The position numbers and the translations under genes were made by a program. This document shows, piece by piece, positions 1 through 12,005 of a DNA stretch of 64,000 bases. Source of the DNA: Selaginella moellendorffii (taxonomy: Eukaryota; Plantae; Lycopodiophyta); contig NW_003314272.1 in the NCBI RefSeq assembly GCF_000143415.4, forward strand, positions 2,629,728-2,693,727, read 5' to 3'. Position 1 is the first letter of the stretch; each line of letters starts with the position of its first letter. The notes below the pieces were generated by a model. It saw only the letters and a list, made by a program, of their open reading frames with translations. It searched no databases and was not told the DNA's origin.

Positions 1-372
1 CTTTATTGAGCATGAGCAAGGGGACATTGATCGCGTCGCAGGGCGAGTAACTGCTGCCAGTACTTTTTGGCTTAAAAAAATGGAGGGGAGTTTTTTATTC
101 AGTCATGCAAAGCTCAAGCAGGCAACGACTTTCGAGGTACTTCTTTTCTTTGCTTGCTTTGCTCTGCCTTTAGCTTCTTGTCGTCGTTGTTGTTAACTTA
201 CGTTGGTCGTGGATTCCTTGTAATGCTACAGCTGTTTTCCAGATTTATTGCTTGCACAGAAGTTTCTCCCTTTAATTTTCTGTTTCTAGTTCCTCGGTGC
301 CGATCATGCTTCTTGTTGAAATGCTTTTCCAATAGTCATTTGTGAAAACTCGGAAGATCCGAGTTTGAGACG

Positions 373-2208
373 ATGAGCTGCAAGTTTTCTGTGCCAATGT
401 TGCCTCCTGCTGCTGCGTTGCTCCTTTGGGTCCTCGCGACTAATGTCGTGCTTGCAGCTCCACTTTCTCCAGTTCGCTGCGATGTTGCAACCGGGGCGTG
501 CATGGTTTTCAACGCATATGGAACTTGGCCGGACAGGAGCCTTTGCAAGGTAGGGGAAGTAGCGTTTCCTTCCACGGAGCAGGAGCTGGTTGATATAGTC
601 GCACACGGTGTGAAGAACAGGATGAAGATGAAGGTTGTGAGCAATTCAGCTCACAGCATTCCCAAGTTCGCGTGTCCTGGAGGGACTTCTGGCCTTGTCA
701 TCAGCACGGCAAAATACTCCAGCAGAATAGTGGTGAGCGCGAGCTCCATGACTGTCACGGCGGACAGTGGTGTAGAGCTCTCGAGGCTTTTGCAGGAGAT
801 TGGAAGCCACGGCCTGGCTCTTCCTTCGTCGCCTTATTGGAACGGGATTTCGCTTGGAGGGCTGTTAAGCACAGGGTCTCATGGAAGCTCCTTGTTCGGG
901 AAAGGAAGTGCCGTTCACGAGTATGTGAAAGCGATGACGATGGTCATTCCAGCGCCAGAGAAGGAAGGTTTTGCGAAAGTTGTCAAGATCACTGAGCAGG
1001 ACGAAGATTTTATGAATGCTGCCAAGGTCTCACTCGGAGTTCTGGGAGTGATATCGCAGGTGACTTTGGCACTGCAGCCGATATTCAAGAGATCGGTGAC
1101 GAAGTTTGAGGCCTCCGACGTGAATCTGGAGAAAGAGATTCTAGAGTTTGGGAAGAACCACGAGTTTGGAGACGTCTCTTGGATTCCATCGAAGTACAAA
1201 CTCATCTACAGAGCAGACGACCGTGTTCCTGCGAGTACCAGCGGAGACGGCGTGAATGATTTCATTGGATTTCAACCGACGCTAGCCACTATAGTTGAAG
1301 CTCAAAGAGCTCTCGGTACGTACTGTTTCTGTTTGATAAAACAATAGCGACTCAGTACTCTTTTTCTTACAGAGGAAGCTTTCGAGATATCAGGTGACTC
1401 TCCTGGGAAGTGTGCCACTGGATTGGTGCAAACTCAAGCTCTTTTCACTACTGGGGAAGGCTTCAAGAAAAGCTCAGGTGGAGTTTTCACAGGCTACCCG
1501 GTCGTTGGTTTCCACCACAAGATCCAATCCTCCGGTGCCTGCCAGGCTTCAACCTCTAGACAACTCGTCTGTCCCTGGGATCCCACCGTGAGAGGCCTGT
1601 TCTACCATCAGACCACCGTCTCCATCTCGGTGGACAAGATCCAGGACTTCATCACCGACGTCAAGAAACTCAGAGCTCTAAATCCCGCCGCCCTGTGTGG
1701 AGTGGACCTCTACAATGGCTTCCTCATGCGCTACGTCCGAGCCTCGTCCGCATACCTGGGAAAGCAATCCGACGCAGTCGATGTGGACATAACTTACTAC
1801 CGAGCTCGCAGCGGGAACACTCCCAGGCTGGACGAGGACGTGCTGGAAGAGGTGGAACAGATGGCCTTGTTCAAGTATGGAGGCCTCCCGCACTGGGGGA
1901 AGAACAGGAACATCGCGTTTGGGCCTCACACCGCTGCCAAGTATCCCAAGCTGCAAGAGTTCCTGGCGGTGAAGAGCAAGCTTGATCCGGATGGTTTCTT
2001 CTCGAGCGAGTGGTCCGACTTTGCGCTTGGAATCTCTGGTGGAAGTAGTAGTAATCTTCCACACTGTGCTCTAGAGGGAGTGTGTGTTTGCTCGCTCGAC
2101 TCTCACTGCGCTCCCGAGAACTATTACTTTTGCAGGCCGGGGAGAGTTTACACGGATGCTCGCGTCTGCCGGTTTGTACCCCCGGGTCTCAAGAATGGGA
2201 CCGCATAG
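373..2208 (+). CDS. L-gulonolactone oxidase-like FAD-linked oxidase (FAD_binding_4 + ALO), 2 exons: 373-1315 and 1373-2208
   Basis: N-terminal hydrophobic signal, AHSIPK FAD-attachment motif, GLLSTGSHGSSL, LGVLGVISQVTL, GGLPHWGKN and a Cys-rich C-terminus (CALEGVCVCSLDSHC). A 57-nt GT..AG intron at 1316-1372 joins ORFs 373 and 1423 in frame. Confidence 0.92.
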
Positions 2209-2290
2209 AGAATGTTCCTGGAGAATCTTTTCCCCGAATAATCAAGTACGTAAGAATATTCTTGCATTGAAATATATTTCTCGCGCCAAA

Positions 2291-4612
2291 CTAAACCCTA
2301 GAACAAAGGTTTGCGAGCAGCGCGTGCCCTCCGCCGCTCGCATCATCCAAGCTCGCCAGCGCCGCCACCGCATCGCCGCTACCCCCGCCGCCCCCAACCC
2401 TAGACGCGCCGGCAAGCAAGCTCCTCCACTCGAGCGCGTCCGGCGCGAAGGGCATATGGGCAAGCAGCTCCTCCGCGCACCACAGATGCCCCGATCTCGC
2501 GAAGAGATCCACCATACACGACCAATGCTGCTGGACAGGGGCGATCCCAAAATCCGCCGCCATGGACGCGAAGAGCGCGACGCCCAGGCCAACCCTACCC
2601 GCGTGGCTGGCGGCGGCGAGCGCCGAGACGAAGCTCGACGCATCGGGGCCGTCGGCCGCGGCGGCGCTGGCGGAGTAGAACACGTGGAGCGCATCGGCGG
2701 CGTGGCCGGTGGTGGCGAAGGCGGCCATCATCGCGTTGGCGGTCACGGTGTCGCGGTACGGCATCCTCTCGTACAGGTGGCGCGCTTGGGCCAGGTGGCC
2801 ATTCCCCGTGTAGGCGGAGAGGATGCCATTCCAGGAGATTAGGTCGCGGTGGGGCGTTTGATCGAAGGCGCGCTTGGCGTGGGCGAGATGCCCGGCCGCG
2901 GCAAATGCGGCCACCATCATCGCCCAGGAGATGGGGTTTCGATCGGGGATGCGATCGAAGATGTGCTTGGCGTGCTCGATCCGGCCCAGCCGCGCGTGGG
3001 CGAGCAGAATCGCGTTCCAGGGATTAGGGTCGGGGTCGCCGGGGGGAATCGCGCAGGGGAGATCGTCGATGGTGTCGTCCAGGCGCCCGGCGAGCGAGAA
3101 GGAGATGAGGTCCCGCTGGGGCATCGCTTCGAACAGGGATTTTGAGCCCAGCGCCGCGAGGATCGTGTTCCAGGAGACGATGTCGCGCTGGGGCATCGCA
3201 TCGAAGAATCGCTTTGCGTGGAGGAGATCGCCATGGCGGGCGTAGGCGAGGAGCATAGCATTGCAGCAGGCGAGATCGTGGACAGGGATTCGATCGAAGA
3301 GCTGCCTGGGCCGATCGAGGTCGCTGCCGTGCTGGGCGAGCGAGAAGAGGAGAAGTGTCCAGCTGATGAGGTCCCGGTGGGGCATTGCATCGAAGATGTG
3401 CCCCGCCTCCTCCAGCGGCGCCGCCAGGCTCTTGTTCTTCACTACCGCCGCCAGGAGCGTGTTCCAGCAGTAGAGATTGTGCTCCGGCATCGCCTCGTTC
3501 ACGATTCTCCTTGCCTCCCACGGATCTCCATACTGCGCGATCGCTCCCACCATTGCTGCGCACGACACCAGATCGATCTCGGGCATCTCATCGAAGACTT
3601 GCCTCGCGCGGTGGAGATCGCCTTCCTGACCATACGCCGCCAGCATCGAGGTCCAAGAGATCAAGCTCCTCTCCGGCATCCAGCGGAAAACCTTCTCGCA
3701 TTCCTCCACGCTCGCGATCCGTGCGAGCATTGCCAGCATGGAGTTCATTGACACCAGGTCGTGGGCTCCCATCGATTGAAAGATTCTCCTAGCAACGTCT
3801 GGATCCCCCTTCTGGGCATATGCGTTGAGCATCGCGTTGCATGAATGGAGCGTGTATAGAGGGATCTCGCCAAAGAATCTCAGCGCATCCTCTGGATTCA
3901 CCTCTCGTGTATAGCCGCACAGCATCGTGTTCCACGACACTAGATCTCGGTGTGGCAAGAGCTCATCGAAGATTCGTTTCGCATCTGGGATATGCCCATT
4001 TCGAGCATATACCAGGAGCATGGCGTTTAGAGACACAAGAGTGTGTTGTGGGATCTCTTCATACAAGGCTCTAGCATCGCTCACGCTTCCATCTTGGGAA
4101 TATGCTTCTAGCATTGCGGTTGACGATACCAAGTCTTTGAAGGGCATCTTATAAAAGACTGACTTGGCGTCGACAAGATACCCGCATTGGGCATATGCTT
4201 TGAGCATTGCTGTGCATGAAACGATATCCTTTTGGGGCATTTGATCGAAAAGAGCCTTTGCTCTGTCTATATGCCCGAGCTGGGCATAGCAGTGGAGCAT
4301 GGAGGTCCACGAGATCAAAGTTCTCTGTGGCATGGCGTGGAAGATCTCTTCGGCCGCCTGGAGATTGATGTTCCCCCTGCGAATGTAGGCTGCGAGCATG
4401 AAATCCCAGGTGTGTGCGTTCTTGAGGGCCATGCCATCGAAGAGCTCTCGAGCTCCCTCGGCGCTCCCGCATCTCGCGAGCGTTTCAATGAGCCGGTTTG
4501 AGACGAGGAGATCGTTGCAGAGATTTAGATGCTGGCATTTGAGCTGGAGTCTTTTGGCGTCCGAGAGACTGCGGCAGGATTTGAGGAGCTGGAGGAGCTC
4601 GCTGCGCTCCAT
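2291..4612 (-). CDS. PLS-class PPR protein with tandem ~31-aa motifs and C-terminal E domain, no DYW (alternative upstream ATG at 4666)
   Basis: Intronless ORF with repeats such as FDQMPQKDIVSCTAMLKAYAQCG, and an E-region QHWSCMVDLFARSGHL..MPFAPDALEWRSLL. Confidence 0.9.
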   Translation of the reverse strand: MERSELLQLLKSCRSLSDAKRLQLKCQHLNLCNDLLVSNRLIETLARCGSAEGARELFDGMALKNAHTWDFMLAAYIRRGNINLQAAEEIFHAMPQRTLISWTSMLHCYAQLGHIDRAKALFDQMPQKDIVSCTAMLKAYAQCGYLVDAKSVFYKMPFKDLVSSTAMLEAYSQDGSVSDARALYEEIPQHTLVSLNAMLLVYARNGHIPDAKRIFDELLPHRDLVSWNTMLCGYTREVNPEDALRFFGEIPLYTLHSCNAMLNAYAQKGDPDVARRIFQSMGAHDLVSMNSMLAMLARIASVEECEKVFRWMPERSLISWTSMLAAYGQEGDLHRARQVFDEMPEIDLVSCAAMVGAIAQYGDPWEARRIVNEAMPEHNLYCWNTLLAAVVKNKSLAAPLEEAGHIFDAMPHRDLISWTLLLFSLAQHGSDLDRPRQLFDRIPVHDLACCNAMLLAYARHGDLLHAKRFFDAMPQRDIVSWNTILAALGSKSLFEAMPQRDLISFSLAGRLDDTIDDLPCAIPPGDPDPNPWNAILLAHARLGRIEHAKHIFDRIPDRNPISWAMMVAAFAAAGHLAHAKRAFDQTPHRDLISWNGILSAYTGNGHLAQARHLYERMPYRDTVTANAMMAAFATTGHAADALHVFYSASAAAADGPDASSFVSALAAASHAGRVGLGVALFASMAADFGIAPVQQHWSCMVDLFARSGHLWCAEELLAHMPFAPDALEWRSLLAGASRVGGGGGSGDAVAALASLDDASGGGHALLANLCSRV

Positions 4613-4655
4613 CAACTTTGACGCCTGCCATGAATGATCTTCATGGGATTTTGCA

Positions 4656-6998
4656 ATGCAAGCCATAAAGGCATGCAGGACACTTGAGGAAGTCCGACAA
4701 GTTCATCGTCAACTTCATAGCGATGAACACAGCGTTTATGTTGCGAACTTGCTGATCAAGATGTACGGCCGGTATGGGAGCACCCAACTTGCTCGCGAGG
4801 TCTTCGACTCGATTCCTGACAAGGATGGCTTCTCCTGGAACCTCATGCTTGTGGCTTATGCCCAAAACCGGCAGCTTGACAAAGCGAGGAAAATCTTCTG
4901 TGAGATGCCAAGCCGGGATCAATTTTCCTGGACCACCATGCTGGTTGCTTACTCCAAGGACGAGAATATTGTAGAGGCACGAAGAATCTTTGAAAGCATG
5001 CCAAGCAAGGACGTGGTATCGTGGAATGCCATGTTGGTGGCTTATACCCAAGCTCGGCATCTTGACATGGCACAGGCCTTGTTTGACGCAATGCCTGAGT
5101 GGGATGCAACAACTTGGAACACCATGCTGACTGGATATTCCCTGCAAGGGAATCTGGTCAGAGCGGAGACAATATTCCAAGAGATGCCGGAGAAGGTCCT
5201 GGTATCGTGGACTGCTATGCTGACTGCATATGCCCAACACGGGCAGATTGGAAAATCAAAGGCATTGTTTGAAGAAATGCCTGCACGAAATCTTGTGACA
5301 TGTAATGCCATGCTTGCATCGCTTTCAGAGGTGGTGGAAGCCAAGAAGCTTTTCGATAGCATGCAGGAGAGAGATCTTATGACATGGAACACATTACTTT
5401 CGGCATATGCCATGTCTGGGCATCTAGTTGATGCTCTAGAAATTTTTGATGCTATGCCTGGTCATAGCGTTGTTTCATATAATGCTTTAGTGAGTGCCTA
5501 CGCAGAAAACAACCGCACGAAAGAAGCATATTCGATGTTCAGTACGATGCCCGCTTGGGACATGCTAACTTGGACGGCGATCCTCGTCGCAAATGCACAG
5601 AAAGGGGAAGTGGCAATAGCCGAGTGGCTGTTCACCTTTGCGCCATCAAGAGATCTCGTGATATGGAATGCCCTTCTAGCAGTATACTGCCAGCGTGGGC
5701 TGCTAGAAAAGGCGAAATCCAGTTTCGACAAGATGCCACAGCAAGACATCTACTCATGGAACTCTATGATCTCGGCATATGCCCAGAATGGACAAATGTT
5801 CGAAGCAATGCTTCTTTTCAAATCGATTCCAAGAGCCAATGTGGTAACCTCAAACACAATTCTCTCCATTCACGCACAAATCGGGAGCGTTGAAGAATCG
5901 AAGGCCGTGTTTGAGGCAATGCCGGAGTGGAATCTTGTGTCTCTAAACTCGATGATGTCCGGTTACGCCAGGAATGGCTCTTGGATCACCGAGGCCAAGG
6001 GACTGTTCGACTCAATGCAAGAGCACAGCCTCGTTACCTGGAACTCGATGCTAATGGTCTATGCCGTGAATGGTCTGGCCAGCGAAGCCAAGTTTCTGTT
6101 TGAGAAAATGATGCCGGACAGAGACATGATTTCCTGGACCTCGATGCTCACTGCGTTTTCCAACAGCGGTAAGATCGATCACGCCTTATGGTTTTTCGAA
6201 AACATGCCCAGGAGAGATCTTGTCGCGTGGAACGCAATGGTAGCGACCTATGCCCAACACGGTCATATCGACCAGGCCAAGAGCTTGTTCTTCGCAATGC
6301 CTGAGCACGACACGGAGTCCTGGGCGGCGCTTCTAACCGGGCTCGCGCAGCACGGCATCCTCGAGGAAGCCCAGAAGCTCTTCCACGACATGCCCGCTCG
6401 AACGCCTGGCTCATGGACGGCGCTCCTCGTTGCAAATGCCCGTGCCAATGACGAAAACGGTGGCTCTTGCCCAGAGAGAACCAAAGCGTTCTTCGATTGC
6501 ATGCCTGACTGGAGCTTGGTGTCGTGGACGGCCATGCTTGGGATGTATGCTCTCAAGGGAGACATGGAGCTGATGGCGGAGATGTTTGGGGCTCTAAACC
6601 TGCAAGGCGCGATCGCCCACGGGACCTCCGACAGCGTCGCCTTTGTGAGCCTCCTGGTGGGATTCAGCCATCGTGGGGACGTGTACCGGAGCTGGAAGTG
6701 CTTCCGCTCGATGGTGTCCGACTTTGGATTGAGCCCCGGGAAGCAGCACTTTAGTTGCATGGTGGATGCACTGGGACGAGCTGGGTATCTGTGGGAGGCG
6801 CAAGAGCTCATAGCTTGCATGCCCGTGTTGCCGGATCCCCAGGACTGGACGAGCTTGCTGGCCGCTTGCAAGACTCATGGCGACTGCGAGGTTGGGACCT
6901 GGGCCGCCGAGGAAGCGCTCAAGGCAGAGTCTGGAAGCCATGGTGCTTCCTACGTGCTGCTCGCAAACTTGTTTAAGAGATCCATCAACAGACAGTGA
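4656..6998 (+). CDS. PLS-class PPR protein with tandem ~31-aa motifs and C-terminal E domain, no DYW
   Basis: 780-aa intronless ORF with repeats such as FESMPSKDVVSWNAMLVAYTQ, ending QHFSCMVDALGRAGYL..MPVLPDPQDWTSLLAACKTHG..ASYVLLANLF. Confidence 0.92.
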   Translation: MQAIKACRTLEEVRQVHRQLHSDEHSVYVANLLIKMYGRYGSTQLAREVFDSIPDKDGFSWNLMLVAYAQNRQLDKARKIFCEMPSRDQFSWTTMLVAYSKDENIVEARRIFESMPSKDVVSWNAMLVAYTQARHLDMAQALFDAMPEWDATTWNTMLTGYSLQGNLVRAETIFQEMPEKVLVSWTAMLTAYAQHGQIGKSKALFEEMPARNLVTCNAMLASLSEVVEAKKLFDSMQERDLMTWNTLLSAYAMSGHLVDALEIFDAMPGHSVVSYNALVSAYAENNRTKEAYSMFSTMPAWDMLTWTAILVANAQKGEVAIAEWLFTFAPSRDLVIWNALLAVYCQRGLLEKAKSSFDKMPQQDIYSWNSMISAYAQNGQMFEAMLLFKSIPRANVVTSNTILSIHAQIGSVEESKAVFEAMPEWNLVSLNSMMSGYARNGSWITEAKGLFDSMQEHSLVTWNSMLMVYAVNGLASEAKFLFEKMMPDRDMISWTSMLTAFSNSGKIDHALWFFENMPRRDLVAWNAMVATYAQHGHIDQAKSLFFAMPEHDTESWAALLTGLAQHGILEEAQKLFHDMPARTPGSWTALLVANARANDENGGSCPERTKAFFDCMPDWSLVSWTAMLGMYALKGDMELMAEMFGALNLQGAIAHGTSDSVAFVSLLVGFSHRGDVYRSWKCFRSMVSDFGLSPGKQHFSCMVDALGRAGYLWEAQELIACMPVLPDPQDWTSLLAACKTHGDCEVGTWAAEEALKAESGSHGASYVLLANLFKRSINRQ

Positions 6999-7021
6999 TA
7001 GAATGATTTCATTCCAAGATC

Positions 7022-7610
7022 TTATAGTTCCTGGAGATCCTTGTCAAGGATGTACTCCCACACTGTCCACCGCCTCGGCTCGAGACATCGTCGTTCTATC
7101 AGTGCCGAGGAAGGATTGGAAAGCCTCGGAGATTGGATCTGGAGTGAGGAAATTGGAAAGCCTTGGACGATCATCAGATCGATCGAGTTTCTTCTTCTTG
7201 GGCATGTCAATGTCCTCGTAGCCTACAAGCAAGCACACGCTAAGATCGAAGAAACAAAACAATCAAGAGAAACTCACCTCTTCTAGCGGTAGCAAGTGAT
7301 CTTGGAGAACTTTGTTAATGGTAAACATGTTGATCGAATCCACCTTGAAAACGTCGAAGATCTTGTTTCCGGTGCAGAGGATCATCTTCGATCTTGGAGA
7401 TTGTTGTCTCGGATGTAGCGCCACAAGCATTGCACAGCCTAATCCTCGAAAAGAAGAACAAGGAAAAGAATTTCTAGCTTAACATTCAACTAGAGCTTAC
7501 TTCGTGTCTCCTGAGAATGTGATGCCCAGTGACCGCTCGAAGCTCCGGAGAGAGGCGAAAGGCCTTCAGGAAGCTATTGTTTCCAGGCGCCCCAGCTCTA
7601 TCCGTCCCAG
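7022..7610 (-). pseudogene. Tandem SWIB/MDM2-domain protein, frameshifted
   Basis: The minus strand reads NSFLKAFRLSPELRAVTG..RRHE [intron] AVQCLWRYIRDNNLQD [frameshift] KMILCTGNKIFDVFKVDSINMFTINKVLQDHL, then a second domain SNFLTPDPISEAFQSFLG..MSRAEAV [frameshift] VWEYILDKDLQ. Confidence 0.75.
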
Positions 7611-8539
7611 CAAGAGATCAATCGCAGATTCAGTGATCCGCCTACATATTGACCTGTCGCCAAAGGCACAGATATCACCCTTGACGAGCTACACAATCTT
7701 GGCAGGGCAGGGTTTGTGTTACAAGTTTTGAACGGACGACAACCTCAGGAGGATCTCAATCTCGATAACAAAGGAAGTCTTTACAAGGTAACAATTGGAA
7801 TAGAACTTATATGTGTGAGTGGATTGGCAAACATCCCATCTACTTGTACTCAATTGATACAAAATGGACACCACATACATCAAGATTGTGCTGGTAATAT
7901 TGTCAAACAAACAAGCACAAGACATCATCAATCTGCAAAATGAATGATATTTAGTGTTCAAAAGTTGAGTCAAAATCTTTATATAAACCTCAAACCAGAG
8001 TAACCAAAGTAGTATTTTAATATACACTTGATCAAACCAATGTATTTTTCCTCCAAATATAATTTATAGCTGATTCATAGGAGTAGTGCCTCTGATATAT
8101 CTTTGTTGCGTGCATTATATAAACTTGTTTTTTTTTTATATCCCTACCCAACTAACCAGCTGACATATTTCATCTTTGAAAAATTATTGTTCACTAAACC
8201 TTGAAGACAAGATTACCCTATCTAACCATTCTTGCATGCAATCCACAATAAAAGGTATTTTTTGTCATCTTTGATCATTTCATGCCACCATTCTTTTGAA
8301 GCATGTCTTCACTTCTTTCTCTAATTTGGATTGTTGTTGTTCTTATCATCTAAATTATACTTGGCAGATAATGTTAAATCTTGGTGAAGAATAACAAAGG
8401 CCAACAAAGGACCAGTGGCCATTTAGCACAATAAACATTATTAGTCATAGGTTTGAGTAAGAGGACAAAATGTTATTTATTTCTACTTATACCAACTTTT
8501 AATCATAACTCTATAGAAAGCATGGTGGATGTGATCATT

Positions 8540-10360
8540 AAGAGAGAATGAAATGCTTATCTTGAGAACTCATCACAGATCGAGGAACACATTTTATTAA
8601 TGAAACCATCAAAATTTTGACTTGAGAATTCATGATTAAGCACAAGGCTTCAACATTATATTACTCTCAAAGCAATAGTCAAATAGAGTTCACAAATAAG
8701 ACAACCAAGAACATCCTTAAGAAAATCTTAAAAACAAATTAAAAAGATTGGGATGATTGCATCCATGATCCTTTATGGGCATATTGAATTACATACAAGA
8801 TTTCAACAAATTTGACACCATTCAAACTTATTTATTGATTAAAAGCCTTAACACCACTTAAGTACAATATTCCTTCACTGTAAATGGCAGTACATTATGA
8901 GATCAACCAAGAAGAATCAATCAAAAGAAGACTAACAACAGTAAAAACACTTGACAAAGAAATACTACAAACAATTTAAACACTTAAAGCTATTTAAGCT
9001 CAAAGAAAAGCTAATGACAGAAAGAGAAGACTAAAGAAAAGTGAAGAATTCAAGATCAATGATCAAATACTTTAATTTCGAGGAAATATTGAGAAAATTG
9101 ACTTCAAAGTGAAGTCAAGATGAGAAGGACCATTCTTCATCCAAGAATTGAAAAACTTCGAGAATGGCAACAATCGCAACACTGGATGGCAAACATTTCT
9201 AAACCATCAACCTCAACAAGCTCAAGAAATACTAATTGTACAACTCAAATGTCATTAACAACAACTTTGAAAGGAATGAAGATTTCAACTTTGAAGTTCA
9301 TGAATGAAACATCAAGAGCATGAAGATCAAAAAATCAAAACTATGAAAACTTAAACTCAAGAATTCAACACATTCAAGGTTTACAAAGTTTAAGCTCAAG
9401 AACTCAACACAATCAAGAAACATAAAACTTAAGTTCAAAAATTAAACAAAAAAAGATTTTAAAAAATCAAGCTCAAGAAAGTAACATGAAGAAAAACAAT
9501 AATTTAAAAAACTTCAACCAAAAACAAGACTTAGAGATCAATAAATCTCTCAAGACTTATCAACAAACATGCCAAAGACCAACATGAAGGATTTGAACTC
9601 AATGCTCTAATCTCCAAGCACTGAGATCAAGCAATGGGGAAGCAACGTAAAATTACAATATACCCTCTCACAAAGGAGCTCATCTTCAAACCAACAATGG
9701 TGAGTCCAAAGAGCATAAATCTTCTCTTCACCTATAATCCAACATGGAAGAGGACAAGGGCACTTGATGATTGGCTACTTGAGGTCAGACTCTACAAGTT
9801 CTTTTGCATCATGGAAAAAGAGTACAAGATTGACATCATGAAGAAAATGCTCCTAGCTTTTCAAGAAGAAATGGTGTGTGCCCAAGAACACAAATATATC
9901 TTTACCAAGGACTACATTACATGGGTATTCAAGCTTTCAATTGGCAAAAAGTAAGGCACAAATAAAAAGGATGCCGCCAAGATGTATCAAGATCTTCAAG
10001 AATTACAATTTCGGAAGCTCACTTCAAATGAATAATATCACTGACTAAGTGAAGCCAAGGCTCAAGTTCTCATCTCAACTCTTGAAATGCACAAGTTGAG
10101 TAGCTCCATCAACAACTCAATAAGTTCAAGGTTAAACTTGTAGGAAATCCAGCATTAACAAAGCTAATTGACACAATGGAGCAATAGAAGCCTCGATATA
10201 AAGTTCCATTTAGTCATGGGAGAGTAAAACACAATAAATTAACCATGCATTTAAGCATTTTCTTAATAGTTAGGATTATAACCTTGACACTCAAAATTAC
10301 CATTTTGATAGTCAAGACTCAGGAAGAAGTCCATGTAAGAGTAGTTAAGGGGGAAAGTTA
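8540..10360 (+). mobile_element. Degenerate Ty3/Gypsy integrase and 3' region
   Basis: Stop-riddled translation ELITDRGTHFINE..HKASTLYYSQSNSQIE..KDWDD..LWAY..TPFKLIY at ~8565-8840; purine tract AAGGGGGAAAG near 10350. Boundaries approximate. Confidence 0.7.
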
Positions 10361-10697
10361 ACACTCAACCTCTATCCCTATCTCTATTATACTCCAACTT
10401 ATTACCAATGCACATCCATTTACTCAAGATTTAGAATATTTTAGTGATGTCAAGTTTATCTTTACTCATAACCACTTGCATGAACCTTTTTTGGGGCACA
10501 AATTAGTTTCTAATTAATTAATGTGTTTGTTAGCATATTCCAAGGTGAGAAATATAATGCCAACACAAGATCAATGACATCAAAAGCCCTCTTGTTTTCT
10601 GTAACCACAACAACAAACTATCATAACTAGTTTTTTACCAAATTCTCTCTCACAAATTCCACCAAAAGGTCTTCTAATTTTCAACATAGCGTTCCTG

Positions 10698-11737
10698 GTA
10701 AGAACTTGTACTTTCTGACTAGTTTAAATGACTGCAGGTGCCTTTGTATGAGAGGCCCAATAAGAATACCCAGCTGGCTGGTAGTGATGACTTTGAACTG
10801 GATCCAACAAGGTGCAGAGGCCATAAAAGATTTCTATCAAGAGCACGTTAAGGAACCTACTCGTGATTAATATCAGACACTCCTAATTAGTAATGTTTTC
10901 AGCTCTTGTCTATCAGGGATGACCTCTTCAAGACATTTCGAAAGCGTCTCAAAGGATCAGCAGAAGTAGGAGACGTTCGATTAACTGCAAAATCTTTGAG
11001 CAGGTTCCTTGAAGTTCCTTTTCCACTATTTGTGTTTTTCTTTATCTGTTCTCATATCTCTTCAGGATGTTGAAGGCATTTCCTGAGCAAACAAGTGGCA
11101 GTTGTCTTCCTAGCGATGGAACAGAGCACAAATGATGGAGATAATGATGAGCAGGTTTGGTTTAAAGTTGTGGCTGCTTCTTCACTATTCTCTGTTTGCA
11201 GATGCGAGGAGTTGACACATCCACTTTAAAGTCTTCTTGTTGGAGAACTTGCGAGGGCTGAAGCTAAAACTTGACATTGAAACATGCGTAAGCTTTTGCA
11301 GTTGATAAAGAAGATTACTTTTGCCTTTTGTGTTCCGCATGCTGGAATTAAATCAATTACTGCGAGCCAACTAGCTTAACTTTGCCATTTTGCCACGCCG
11401 AAGAGATATCGAGCTTGCGATGCTCACTTGACTACACGTCCCGGCACGTAAAGGCTGTTCCAGCTCCGAAAGTTACAACACCAGTGATTTACTTCACCGA
11501 CTTGACTGACTAGGTACCACGGAGAGAAAGATTGGCTTCCGTGGAAGATGGACAAGTTCCTCTCGTGGCCGAGGACAGTGCCAGTCCCAAGTCGCAGTAG
11601 CAGATCAGGCTCCAGAGCACCTTCTCCAAAGCCAACCAAAAGGCTTGAAAGTGCAGCTTGCGTGCTTCACAGAAACATATTCCGTTAGAAAAGCTACCAA
11701 AACTAGACGACCTCATAGTGCCGGGGTAAAACTTGAG
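10698..11737 (+). repeat. Left arm of a ~1.05 kb inverted duplication (partner 15359-16414)
   Basis: Reverse complement aligns by eye along the whole length, e.g. GACAAGTTCCTCTCGTGGCCGAGGACAGTGCCAGTCCC vs 15505-15545. ORFs 11510 and 15080 share their C-terminal peptide. Confidence 0.9.
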
Positions 11738-11930
11738 GTACTCGAGCCCGGATCCTGAAAATAAGAGTCCACATACGAGAGTTAGATCCGGGCCTGGAAA
11801 CACTGATCGATGGCTGGCACCCAGGAGGGACAAGTATCTCACCACTCGGTTGGATCCCTTGGGCTGGAGATGCCGGCTGAAGGCCGTGGCGTATTCGACC
11901 ACGATGACCCGGCCGAGCGCTTGCATTACC
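11720..11930 (-). pseudogene. Internally deleted fragment of the Uma2-like paralog family
   Basis: GRVIVV..QPKGSNRVVRYLSLLGASHRSV..LKFYPG matches the 13669-14800 gene with deletions. Confidence 0.75.
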
Positions 11931-12005
11931 TGCCTGGGCGCTGCCTTCTCATTCTTACGTAAACCCTAGTAGCACGAAACAAGAAAGGCTCGGCCTTTCC
12001 TCTTC

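Noticed and set aside
2084-3792. Multiple overlapping ORFs over the 3' half of the PPR gene (likewise over the U-box gene)
   Set aside because: Expected by-products of high GC content.
7716-7943. SWIM-finger-like YKVTIG..C peptide
   Set aside because: The required CxC..CxH pattern is not present.
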